Part shown: positions 17,097 to 25,945 of the stretch, piece by piece | How positions within the stretch are numbered: the stretch's first letter is position 1 | Layout: each line of letters starts with the position of its first letter | IMG/VR virus record: IMGVR_UViG_3300010413_000055 | Coordinates: 1 to 48,442 of that record | Length of the DNA stretch: 48,442 nt | Source: a virus | Strand: one strand, 5' to 3' | Program-made: the position numbers and the translations under genes | The notes under the pieces: generated by a model | What the model was told of the DNA's origin: nothing | The model's input: the letters and a program-made list of their open reading frames with translations, nothing else | The model's database searches: none

Positions 17097-17822
17097 TTAA
17101 GTAGCTTGCCAGTCTCTTCCGCCCTTAGCCCATCCGTAGTCCACTTCAAAAACCTGCGGGATTCCGTTAAGACGATTCTCTACGCCCATACAGGCATAGA
17201 ACAGGTCTGATGTTACAGTGAGGGTAGAATTAGCATCCATGACAACCCTACCATTAAGGTAAGATGTAACACGTCCGCTAGGGCCTATCTCAACCCTGAT
17301 AACATCCCACTCGTCGGATACTGGGGCTTCATTACCATCGACGGCAGTCACGTTTACCGCACCACCATCTCCGCATACAGCCATCCAGTCAGCAGTAGCC
17401 ATGTCAACATCATAGGCGAGTCCTACCATACCACCCGAACCATTATAGGTAACGGTAGAAGTAGAAATCTCGGCAGGCATCACAGGAGTAGCCGCATTAA
17501 GAGTTTCAGAGAAACCCACAAAGCAGGCTGCGCCAGTGATAGTTGTCATCTTGAGACGTGTTTCCATGTAGGCCCCACCATCAGCGGGTTTGAACGGGCC
17601 GGTGAAGAAGAAGAAGTTGTCTGCGTCAGCGGTGTCGTTAGTAATTGCCTTGATACCACCGGGTTCATCTACGGTATTGTCGATAGAACCCTCGTTTACC
17701 GAGCAGTAGTTCCAACCACCTGTACCTATAGGTGAAGCAACAGTGCCAACAGAAGAGGTGTCAAAGGCAAAGAAATCATCAAATATTTCGATAGTTCCCT
17801 GTGAACCTTGTTCGTAACCCAT
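17097..17822 (-). CDS. Head-associated protein, 241 aa (possible decoration/jelly-roll-type)
   Basis: Immediately downstream of the capsid gene with GGAGGAATAATG RBS; function inferred only from position. Confidence 0.5.
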   Translation of the reverse strand: MGYEQGSQGTIEIFDDFFAFDTSSVGTVASPIGTGGWNYCSVNEGSIDNTVDEPGGIKAITNDTADADNFFFFTGPFKPADGGAYMETRLKMTTITGAACFVGFSETLNAATPVMPAEISTSTVTYNGSGGMVGLAYDVDMATADWMAVCGDGGAVNVTAVDGNEAPVSDEWDVIRVEIGPSGRVTSYLNGRVVMDANSTLTVTSDLFYACMGVENRLNGIPQVFEVDYGWAKGGRDWQAT

Positions 17823-17831
17823 TATTCCTCC

Positions 17832-18704
17832 TTAACTTGTCGGCGCGGTGGCATCACTGAAGATTTCGATACCCCATGTATCAAGTCGTTCGCCATACGC
17901 ATATTCGTCGTAGTGGTAGACGGACGTACCACCGCCGCCTACGTTTTCTTTTCTTACAGCAACCGCCCTCGGTGCTCGACCCTGTACCAGCACAAGAGCC
18001 TCCTGTGCGAATACAGCACCTTTAGCCTGGTTGCCTGAAATTGATATGTTGCCATCCTCATAAAGTTGTACGTTGTTTATCATACCTCGATAACCTTCTT
18101 TAAGGACTCTGGCAGATAAACCTTCAGGTATATTATAAGTTCCAATACCAGCTCTCAGGTCATCCTCGATGTCCTTTAACTGGTAGCCGTGCAGTACACC
18201 TCTATAAGGTGGCTTACCGGGTTCAGTAGCATTACCGGTTATGATACCAACGGCTGCATTAATGTGACCGATCGAGAGAGTTGAAGAACCTGAACCTGGT
18301 ATTGTGTTCGAGAATGAGTCGAACATCGTGATACCGTCTTCGTCTTTCTTTCTCTGGATTGCGTGTTGTGCAAGTGAACCGGTCTGGGCAAATGCAACCT
18401 TGGCGATTCTAGCAGCAACCCTGTCAGTGATAAATGTTTCTATACCTATCACAGTAGGAGTTACTGAGAAGAGTGAGTCCGAAAGCAGTTGCGGGTTATC
18501 CAGTACGGTAGTTTCTGTGATTTCCTGAGCGTTCAGTTTATCAAACTTGACCTCATTCCATGTCAGACCCAGACCCTTACCGAGTGTCTGGTTCTCTACC
18601 AACTGGGGTACAACACCTTCCTGCTCCCTGACCTGCCTTGCGTTCATTATCCAAGTAGGAAGTGAATCAGCAAGGGCATCAGTTGTGGTATTCCCAGCCG
18701 CCAT
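17832..18704 (-). CDS. Major capsid protein (HK97-fold size class)
   Basis: 290 aa directly after a scaffold-like acidic coiled-coil gene; AAGGAG RBS; bracketed by terminators, consistent with high expression. Confidence 0.65.
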   Translation of the reverse strand: MAAGNTTTDALADSLPTWIMNARQVREQEGVVPQLVENQTLGKGLGLTWNEVKFDKLNAQEITETTVLDNPQLLSDSLFSVTPTVIGIETFITDRVAARIAKVAFAQTGSLAQHAIQRKKDEDGITMFDSFSNTIPGSGSSTLSIGHINAAVGIITGNATEPGKPPYRGVLHGYQLKDIEDDLRAGIGTYNIPEGLSARVLKEGYRGMINNVQLYEDGNISISGNQAKGAVFAQEALVLVQGRAPRAVAVRKENVGGGGTSVYHYDEYAYGERLDTWGIEIFSDATAPTS

Positions 18705-18714
18705 TTATTTCTCC

Positions 18715-19470
18715 TTATAGCATTCCTTGAATTTTATTAAGCCTTTCAATATTGGCTTCCGTGAGTGGTAAGCTGCCATCAGTCATAGCTTCTACAAAAG
18801 CTGCATCCGATGTATTGCCACCTCCACCCTGTTCCGTGTTCACAGACTCAAGACCTGCGTCTATCCTGACTTTCCTGACACTATTTTCAATTTCGGCTTT
18901 AATCTCTTCTCTCAGTTTACTTACTTCTTTGGAGCTATCTTCTTTAACTATCTTGGTTATCGAAGCCGAGAACTTGTTTAAACCAGCTACAAGGTCATCA
19001 CCTTGATCCCCCCAGTTTATCCTCGGGTCATCTCTGGTTAGTCCAGCATTTGCTATCATGCTGTCCTGAAGTTCCTTTACGCTCTCAAAGTATTTCTCCT
19101 GAGCTTGCCTCTGAGATTCCTGCTGTGCAGCAGTCTGTGTCAGTTGGTCTTTCGCTCTGTAGGTGTTTAGTTCTATCCTCTCCCTGTCTTCTTCAGGAAG
19201 AGTGTTCAAACTTGTCTTGTAAGCAGCCGCCTCCGCTTCTGCTCTCTCCCTCGCTAATCTTTCGTTACGATTTCTTTCCTGTTGAGCCTGGAGTTCTCTA
19301 CGCCCAGTCTCCTTTGCCTGCTCTACGGCTGACTTCAGCATCTCCTGAATCTTTGCCTCCTGGTCTGCCGTAAATGCTGGTTGCGCCACCTCTTCTTTCG
19401 GTGTTTCAACCGGAACAGTCTCTTGGGTTTGTTCCTGAGTCTGCTCTTCGTTAGCCTGTTCTAACGTCAT
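18715..19470 (-). CDS. Scaffolding protein (acidic, Glu/Gln/Ala-rich coiled coil)
   Basis: Start set at ATG 19470 (MTLEQANEE) behind a strong AAAAGGAGGGGG RBS. The longer track ORF would read through the terminator. Confidence 0.6.
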   Translation of the reverse strand: MTLEQANEEQTQEQTQETVPVETPKEEVAQPAFTADQEAKIQEMLKSAVEQAKETGRRELQAQQERNRNERLARERAEAEAAAYKTSLNTLPEEDRERIELNTYRAKDQLTQTAAQQESQRQAQEKYFESVKELQDSMIANAGLTRDDPRINWGDQGDDLVAGLNKFSASITKIVKEDSSKEVSKLREEIKAEIENSVRKVRIDAGLESVNTEQGGGGNTSDAAFVEAMTDGSLPLTEANIERLNKIQGML

Positions 19471-19491
19471 CGTCCCCCTCCTTTTACAAAA

Positions 19492-19533
19492 TAAAAAAAA
19501 ACCGCATCCGGTCACTATGGACTCAAATGCGGT
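19492..19533 (-). terminator. Rho-independent terminator-like hairpin just upstream of the scaffold RBS
   Basis: Minus-strand ACCGCAT-19 nt-ATGCGGT followed by T9. Confidence 0.55.
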
Positions 19534-19576
19534 CACTGATACGGACACTGTATTCGATTGTAAAGGTTCTAAATAT

Positions 19577-19723
19577 TTAAGATATCACAACTTCCTTGGG
19601 TATGTCAATATATACTACGTTCTGAGCCTTACATCTTGGGCAGGTGAACTCCACCACGCATTTGCCTAACTGCACAGAAACCAACCACTTATTACATTTC
19701 TTGCATCTTACTTCTACAGACAT
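19577..19723 (-). CDS. Mu Com-like zinc-ribbon protein, 48 aa
   Basis: MSVEVRCKKCNKWLV...VEFTCPRCKAQN parallels Mu Com IRCKNCNKLL...IEIRCPRCK (from memory); start overlaps the NeuA-like stop by 10 nt. Confidence 0.55.
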   Translation of the reverse strand: MSVEVRCKKCNKWLVSVQLGKCVVEFTCPRCKAQNVVYIDIPKEVVIS

Positions 19724-20373
19724 TTATCAGCTATCCATTCGGCTAACACCCAGTCCAACTCATCGTTGATATCGAATCCCTCGTATCCATAGGTAAAGAA
19801 CGGTACTATCTTTAACCCACAGATAGAATTGGATTCTAATACTTGCGTCTTAGCCATCTCCAAACTTGCGTTCTGGACATACACCTCCGGTAGTGTCTGA
19901 TAAGGTTGAGAATGAAGCTTGTTTCCAGTATAGGGTATGATATATTCCCCAACCACAGTCCACATCTTTTCAGGATGTTGCTTGCACTTCTCCACAGCCC
20001 TGATAGAATCGCACTCTGTAGAATTAAATAAGTCATATCCACGTTGTATCGTCTCTGCTGTTCTAAACGGAGAAGTTGGTCTGAGTATAGAAAACGAATC
20101 TTCATTTATCTTCTCCATGATGTGTTTTACCCACTCCACATCTTTAGAGGTATCCTTGGCTATCTCAGGCGGTCTCATCACTACTTCAGCATCATATCTA
20201 TCTGCTATATCCTTGTACTCAATGGAGTCTGTAGATACTATAACCCTTGAGAATACACCACTCTTTATAGCTTCAGTGATTGTATAGGACATCAATGGCT
20301 TACCTTTCAATCGCCTGATGTTCTTATCCTTTATCCTCTGAGAACCTGAACGAGCAGGTATAAGTCCTACCAT
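19714..20373 (-). CDS. Acylneuraminate (nonulosonic acid) cytidylyltransferase family protein (NeuA/PseF/LegF/KdsB-like)
   Basis: N-terminal GLIPARSGSQRIKDKNIRRLKGKPL signature; 219 aa. Confidence 0.8.
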   Translation of the reverse strand: MVGLIPARSGSQRIKDKNIRRLKGKPLMSYTITEAIKSGVFSRVIVSTDSIEYKDIADRYDAEVVMRPPEIAKDTSKDVEWVKHIMEKINEDSFSILRPTSPFRTAETIQRGYDLFNSTECDSIRAVEKCKQHPEKMWTVVGEYIIPYTGNKLHSQPYQTLPEVYVQNASLEMAKTQVLESNSICGLKIVPFFTYGYEGFDINDELDWVLAEWIADKCL

Positions 20374-20588
20374 TCTCCCAAGTCTACTCCTATTTCTTCA
20401 AGAGCGTTTATTATCTCCATAGCCTTTTTACATCTCCGTGTTCCCTGGAATTCGTAGTATCCACATCGTACACCATACGGCCCGCACCATCTCCCTGGTT
20501 CTGTGTACTTAACCTTATGGGTACACAATTTAAGAGCTAACTTATTGTAGATATCGCTCTTAGAAACACTCATCTTCTTTGATATCAC
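20367..20588 (-). CDS. Hypothetical Cys-containing protein of up to 73 aa between the NeuB-like and NeuA-like genes
   Basis: ORF only; start uncertain (ATG 20573 reduces the overlap with the upstream gene). Confidence 0.4.
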   Translation of the reverse strand: MISKKMSVSKSDIYNKLALKLCTHKVKYTEPGRWCGPYGVRCGYYEFQGTRRCKKAMEIINALEEIGVDLGEW

Positions 20589-21549
20589 TCTCTAAAACAG
20601 ACCCTATCAGTTTCGTTATATCGTATGGTTGTATACCACCACCGGGAGATTTAATCGCTATATCATTAATAGTTACATACTCACCTGATTTCATATCCCT
20701 TGAAGCCACCAGACTCTTGCCCATCTTGTATAGTGGTTTTTCCTCTGATGGCAACGGTTTCTTTTCCCTGTCTCCCAATGCTGTCTGTATCCTTGAAAGA
20801 TCTCGTACCATCTTCCTCATACCTTCAGGCTGTAGTGAGAAAGCATTGTCAGTTCCCTTCCATGTATGGTCTAAGGTAAAGTGCTTCTCGAATACCCTTG
20901 CCCCAAGCATATAGGCTATGACTGACATCTCAATACCGTTCTGGTGGTCTGATAATCCTATGGTAGCTTCCTGAAAGATGTTCTTGTAGGTTAATATTAC
21001 ATTGAGGTTCATCTCTTCTACCTTGGTAGGATATGAGGCTGTACATTGAAGTAATGTCACATCGCATCCATGTGCAGCACGATAGGCTCTTGATACATCA
21101 TCTATCGTACCACCACCCGTAGAGATTATGATTGGTTTCCTGAACCTTGCTATATACTCTATGAGGGGGGTGTTGGTTAAATCACCAGATGCTATCTTAA
21201 ACCTTGACACACCTATATCATCAAGGAAGTCTACACTATTGAAGTCGAAAGCTGTTGCGAATAAGTCTATAGATAGGGATCGTGCATATCCCAGTAACGA
21301 CTCATACTCTTCCCAACCGAACTCAAGAAATTCCCTATGCTCGCCATAAGTCTTCCCAAATGAGTTCTCGTTTTCGTAAGGCGAATCGTATAGTTCCCTT
21401 GTATATAGGTTTTTGTTATCCCTTTTTTGTAGCTTAACCGCATCAGCACCACACTCCTTTGCAGCGTAGATTAGGTCTTTAGCTTTCTGTAAATCTCCCC
21501 CGTGGTTTGAACCAATCTCAGCGATTACCTCAAAATCCTTATCCCCCAT
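20560..21549 (-). CDS. Nonulosonic acid synthase family protein (NeuB/PseI/LegI/SpsE-like) with C-terminal SAF domain
   Basis: EIGSNHGGDLQKAKDLIYAAKECGADAVKLQ at the N-terminus; SGEYVTINDIAIKSPGGGI near the C-terminus. Confidence 0.85.
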   Translation of the reverse strand: MGDKDFEVIAEIGSNHGGDLQKAKDLIYAAKECGADAVKLQKRDNKNLYTRELYDSPYENENSFGKTYGEHREFLEFGWEEYESLLGYARSLSIDLFATAFDFNSVDFLDDIGVSRFKIASGDLTNTPLIEYIARFRKPIIISTGGGTIDDVSRAYRAAHGCDVTLLQCTASYPTKVEEMNLNVILTYKNIFQEATIGLSDHQNGIEMSVIAYMLGARVFEKHFTLDHTWKGTDNAFSLQPEGMRKMVRDLSRIQTALGDREKKPLPSEEKPLYKMGKSLVASRDMKSGEYVTINDIAIKSPGGGIQPYDITKLIGSVLESDIKEDECF

Positions 21550-21557
21550 GCTACCAC

Positions 21558-21692
21558 CTACTTGTGTTTTCTTTTCTTGCCAGCTTTATCCATCGCTATC
21601 GCAATAGCCTGCTTCTGCGGTTTGCCTGCGTGCATCTCAGTTCTGATATTTTCCGAGATGACTTTCTTGGATTTACCTTTCTTTAATGGCAT
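21558..21692 (-). CDS. 44-aa basic mini-protein ([16 protein letters not shown]...[22 protein letters not shown])
   Basis: GGAGGAGAGT RBS; not in the track because it is under 60 aa; resembles a small conserved phage/bacterial protein type. Confidence 0.5.
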   Translation of the reverse strand: MPLKKGKSKKVISENIRTEMHAGKPQKQAIAIAMDKAGKKRKHK

Positions 21693-21701
21693 ACTCTCCT
21701 C

Positions 21702-24700
21702 CTAATATGAATAGTATTTCTTTAAGTACATAGCAATCTCCGGGTTTTTCATCTTGGTACGTTTCTTTTCTATCGCTACCATCTTACGAGCCATCATTAT
21801 CAACTTACCAAACTGACTCCTGAATAAAGCCCTCTTACCTTCGATGGGATTCTGTTGCTCAAGTATGGCTATCCTGTCAGATTCCTGCTTAACCATCGGT
21901 GGATACTGCGCCCACACATCAGACTCAGCTTTCCAGTAAGGTTTAAGTGCATCCCTAGCCATAGCCAAGTCCTGAAGCTCTGGTGTATCCTGCCACTTCA
22001 ATCCCATGAAATCCTCAACGTAGTCCAATGCAGCCTGACCATACTGCCTTACAAACTGTTCTTTCCTTTGAGCAGCCAAATCAAACTGATACTCACCGTA
22101 CTGGTCGTAAAGGTCAGGAGCATACATCATCTCGTTATAAGCCATCCTTGCTACATCCAAAGGATTCATCTTCGATAGTTCGGCAGGTGTTAAATCACCT
22201 ACCAGCGTATCTTCGATATCCTTGAACTGCGGGTCGAGTTTCATCTCCTTGTACATGGCTCTCTGGTTAGACATTATCTCATTTACTTTTTCCCTGAACT
22301 CAGTACCGTTACCGTCAGCTTTCATCTTCGCACTGGCTAACAGTAGTTCATCCTGTGTAAACTCTTTGATATGCGTGGACTTTCTCCTGTATTCACGCCA
22401 TGCGTCACCACGTCCTAACAGTGTATCCTCAGAAGTAATCCAGTTCTTCTGCAAATCAGGATACTGTTGTTCCAGCGTTCTCTGTGCAGCACTGCCCATT
22501 TCCATACCGAGAGAGTTCCAGTCCATACCGTAAGTTTCCTGAGCAACCTTATCTCTTAACTGACGTATATCTTTCTCTTCACTTCCGTATGAAGTTACCG
22601 TAGCACCAAGTACACCCGGCAAAGCCAGGAACCCACCGAATAGACCCTGTTCATCTACAGCATCCCAGATATCCTGAGCAAACATGGGAACCAACCTATT
22701 CCTTGCCTGCTGCAAGATACTCTCTCTGGTAGTAGAAAGTTCCTCACCGATAAAAGTCTCTCCTACTATGATGTCATTCAACAGACCAGCCAATGGAGAT
22801 TCCTTGGAACGTATGAACCTTGTAATCAAATCCTCTCGTTCGATAGGATAGATATTACCAGTAGCAGACTTTCTTTCACCTGATATTAACTGGGATACAA
22901 ACCTTGCATAAGGCTGAAAGCCACCCCAGAAGTCAAGACGTGTATTGCCTATCTTAATCTTACCGAAGTCAGTTGATCGTGGGTCTGTCTCTACTTCACC
23001 ACCAGCCAATGAAGCTAATGAAAGTATACCAAGTCCAGCACCAACGAATGATGCTATCTCTCTGGCGGCGGTCTTCCTGATTAGTGGATTACCGGTAAAA
23101 AGCAGCATCGGTGTCTGAGCGCGTGATGCTACGAAACCGGGAGAAAAGAAACCGGCGTTTAGCACGGTACGCATCTCTGATAACGCGCCCAAATCGCCAC
23201 GACCAGACAGGATATTAATCATACGTGCTAATTGCTTCTCATCTTCAGCAGTTGCCTTTACACCATTCTTAGCCCAGTTGTTGATGTAATACTCGAACGT
23301 ATCCATCCTCATCTTATTGAGGAATGTAATATACGCTCGCTCAGACATGGCAACTCCGGGTATTTTCTCAGCAAGACCGGACATGAACGCCTCTTCACGT
23401 TCAGCCAGCTTGCCTACAAGTTGCTTATAAGGGGCTATATATAATTTAGCCTCTGCTGCTCTTGGGTATATAGCTCTCTTCAAAAGCTGGTCTTCCATTT
23501 TAACGGCAGTCTTCTCCGAAGCAAACGCCTTAATCATATTACCAATATTTTTTAGACCAGACTTGGGGTGTGCAGCTACGAGAACAGCACCCTGCCTCAA
23601 TGGTGCAGACATATCATAACTTGATAGGATGGCTTTGGGTAGACCGGTAGCGTCCAGTAAGGCACGTAAAGCCTGCTCACTTCTAGGTCTGTGAGTCCTT
23701 AGAGCATCACCAATCTCCTTACCTAATACCTTACTTACTAAGTCTACTTCACGTTTGGTAGGAATCCTCATACCGGTACCGAAGTCCATCAAAGCATCAG
23801 CAGCATCAAGTCTATCGAAAAGTCTTGCTGGTGATGTATTTATCCTGTCGAATATACCGCCGACCTCTTCTTCGGTGAATTGCTTGAATACTGCCTCAAA
23901 GTCAGGTATATCGTACTTACCAGCCAACGCACCCTTAGCAGACTGGAACGCTTCATATCCAGTCTTCCCCTCAAGTATACTTTCAGCAGTAGCAGTTCTC
24001 TTGGCTAACTCGGCAGACTTTTCAACATTGTATTGTGCTCTCTTTGGTTTGACTGCCCTGATAGCCTCAACCAGCTTCTTCATTACAGGGTCTTCTATCT
24101 TCGCCACGTTCGCAGCAGCACGACCGGTCAGGGGAGCAGCGGCCTTACCTGCTAACTTACCTACCTGACCCAATCCTTTTTCTGTAAGTCCCCAGGGTGA
24201 AAATTCTAATGCGGTACCGGCAACTCTACCGATGCTGCCTAGTTTACCAATTTTACCAGCAAAACCAGTCCCCTTGCCAACCGAACCAACACCCGGTATG
24301 GCAAGCCATGGTAAGTTCTGTATTACACCTTTAATATCTACTCTTGCTTGCTCCCCTGAGAATGGTGAAATCCACGGTAGATTGATTCCTGGGGTTTGCC
24401 AAGCGTTGAACTCGGCACGTTCCCTTTCAAACCAACCCATATCTTCAGTACCCTGAGTTGACGGAGTTGCACCCGAAAGCAACATGGCTAAAGCAGGGTC
24501 TATAACATTCTCCTGAACAAAGCTGAATGGAGCACCTATAACTTCAAGTGGAGTTTGCCACCACTGCTTCTGTTGTGGTTGAGATGGCTGTAAGTCAGCA
24601 CCGAAGATATCAGCGTATTCCTGTGAGGAAACCAACTGAGAGTACGAAGGGTCTCCAGCCTGAGCTTTAGCCCTTGCCTGAGTCTTGAAGAGTTCGAGAT

Positions 24701-24740
24701 TTTCCGGTGATAGTGATTCTATCCGTGATCGTAGGGTCAT
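21702..24740 (-). CDS. Large virion-module protein, 1012 aa (possible minor head / internal ejection protein)
   Basis: Longest ORF; Gly-rich segment GVGSVGKGTGFAGKIGKLGSIG; function not recognised. Confidence 0.6.
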   Translation of the reverse strand: MTLRSRIESLSPENLELFKTQARAKAQAGDPSYSQLVSSQEYADIFGADLQPSQPQQKQWWQTPLEVIGAPFSFVQENVIDPALAMLLSGATPSTQGTEDMGWFERERAEFNAWQTPGINLPWISPFSGEQARVDIKGVIQNLPWLAIPGVGSVGKGTGFAGKIGKLGSIGRVAGTALEFSPWGLTEKGLGQVGKLAGKAAAPLTGRAAANVAKIEDPVMKKLVEAIRAVKPKRAQYNVEKSAELAKRTATAESILEGKTGYEAFQSAKGALAGKYDIPDFEAVFKQFTEEEVGGIFDRINTSPARLFDRLDAADALMDFGTGMRIPTKREVDLVSKVLGKEIGDALRTHRPRSEQALRALLDATGLPKAILSSYDMSAPLRQGAVLVAAHPKSGLKNIGNMIKAFASEKTAVKMEDQLLKRAIYPRAAEAKLYIAPYKQLVGKLAEREEAFMSGLAEKIPGVAMSERAYITFLNKMRMDTFEYYINNWAKNGVKATAEDEKQLARMINILSGRGDLGALSEMRTVLNAGFFSPGFVASRAQTPMLLFTGNPLIRKTAAREIASFVGAGLGILSLASLAGGEVETDPRSTDFGKIKIGNTRLDFWGGFQPYARFVSQLISGERKSATGNIYPIEREDLITRFIRSKESPLAGLLNDIIVGETFIGEELSTTRESILQQARNRLVPMFAQDIWDAVDEQGLFGGFLALPGVLGATVTSYGSEEKDIRQLRDKVAQETYGMDWNSLGMEMGSAAQRTLEQQYPDLQKNWITSEDTLLGRGDAWREYRRKSTHIKEFTQDELLLASAKMKADGNGTEFREKVNEIMSNQRAMYKEMKLDPQFKDIEDTLVGDLTPAELSKMNPLDVARMAYNEMMYAPDLYDQYGEYQFDLAAQRKEQFVRQYGQAALDYVEDFMGLKWQDTPELQDLAMARDALKPYWKAESDVWAQYPPMVKQESDRIAILEQQNPIEGKRALFRSQFGKLIMMARKMVAIEKKRTKMKNPEIAMYLKKYYSY

Positions 24741-25276
24741 TCATCCACCTCATACAGTTCGGCTCTTTCTATTAGAAGATAACTTTTATCATCCTCTAAA
24801 GCCTTCTTATAAGTTTCAAAAATCCCCCTCGGAGAATCGAAGCGTATCACCTCTATATTATTTAACCACATCTTGTAAACACCTGTATAGTCAGATGTGT
24901 GCTGTATACCACCGTCTAACGGTGTCTTTGAACCTACAGAAGTTCTTATTATAACCTTTGGTCTGAAGTCTGATAACTCACATATCTTATCAAGGTGATT
25001 TACCATCTGGTTTGTAGCCAGTATGAGGAAATCAAATCTCGGGTAAATAGTAATAGGTATGAATCCTTCAAGAGAAAGACCTGTACTCATACCCATCTGC
25101 ATATCTTCCGCTATGCCTATCTCTATTCTTTTGTCCATAGGCACGTAACTCAATGTACCGTACATGGCAGAACCTTCATATGCAACAGTCTGCCCCAGAA
25201 AGATAGTCCTTTCATCAAGACCAAGATATGTCATTGACCTAATTATCTCTTCTTTATAGTTCAAAAGTTCACCCAT
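24737..25276 (-). CDS. TPP-enzyme beta-like subunit (transketolase pyrimidine-binding / E1-beta-like), shortened
   Basis: LGLDERTIFLGQTV..EGSAMYG..RIEIGIAEDMQMGMSTGLSLEG pattern; start moved to ATG 25276. Confidence 0.55.
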   Translation of the reverse strand: MGELLNYKEEIIRSMTYLGLDERTIFLGQTVAYEGSAMYGTLSYVPMDKRIEIGIAEDMQMGMSTGLSLEGFIPITIYPRFDFLILATNQMVNHLDKICELSDFRPKVIIRTSVGSKTPLDGGIQHTSDYTGVYKMWLNNIEVIRFDSPRGIFETYKKALEDDKSYLLIERAELYEVDE

Positions 25277-25815
25277 GTTCCAGTGCCATGATGAGGAAAT
25301 GTTCTCTCGTAAGTATACCTCCACACCCTATCCGTAGGTGTGTAACATCCGATACCATTGTCTTCTACTACGAATGTTATTTGTAAATCTTCGCCCTTAG
25401 CATACTTGTTACACTCATGGAAAATACCCATTTCAGAAGCCATGTCTCCAACGAATACCCATACATGACTCCTGCCGTTCTTTAATCTGTTCCCAAGTGC
25501 TACCCCCAATGCAATAGGCAGGACACCTCCAACGATTGAAGATGTTATGAATCTGTGCTCTGGTGAATTGATGTGCATACTCTTGTTCTTTAGTATCTCG
25601 TTCTTCAACCATTCTCTATCTACTCCTTTTAGAAGCGCATGGTAGTGATTCCTGTGGGTTGAGAATACCCAGTCTTCTTCCTTGATATGAGAGAATAAAT
25701 ATATAAGCTCATCCTCGTTTCCACCCGAAAGATGTACGGGAGAATGAATCTTACCAGCCTCATATAACTCGACTATCTCTGTCTCGAACATTATCAATGA
25801 TTCTGCATTCAACAA
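25261..25815 (-). CDS. TPP-binding E1-alpha-like subunit, shortened (184 aa)
   Basis: GDMASEMGIFHECNKYAKGEDLQITFVVEDNGIG aligns by eye with the GDGA..G...E..N.A....P.IF..ENN.YG TPP-binding motif. Confidence 0.65.
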   Translation of the reverse strand: MLNAESLIMFETEIVELYEAGKIHSPVHLSGGNEDELIYLFSHIKEEDWVFSTHRNHYHALLKGVDREWLKNEILKNKSMHINSPEHRFITSSIVGGVLPIALGVALGNRLKNGRSHVWVFVGDMASEMGIFHECNKYAKGEDLQITFVVEDNGIGCYTPTDRVWRYTYERTFPHHGTGTWVNF

Positions 25816-25945
25816 AATATATCTTCTTCCTTTGCTGCCTTGTTACCCTACCGCACTTCTTGCATCTGTGTACATAGTAAAAGAATTCACCGTCATCTTC
25901 TTCCCATGATTCATCTTCACCACCACATTTAGTTGCGTGATTCAT
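25760..25945 (-). CDS. Possible 61-aa zinc-ribbon ORF overlapping both neighbours
   Basis: HATKCGG...CKKCG; overlaps the kinase end by 17 nt and the E1-alpha-like start by 56 nt, so doubtful. Confidence 0.3.
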   Translation of the reverse strand: MNHATKCGGEDESWEEDDGEFFYYVHRCKKCGRVTRQQRKKIYFVECRIIDNVRDRDSRVI

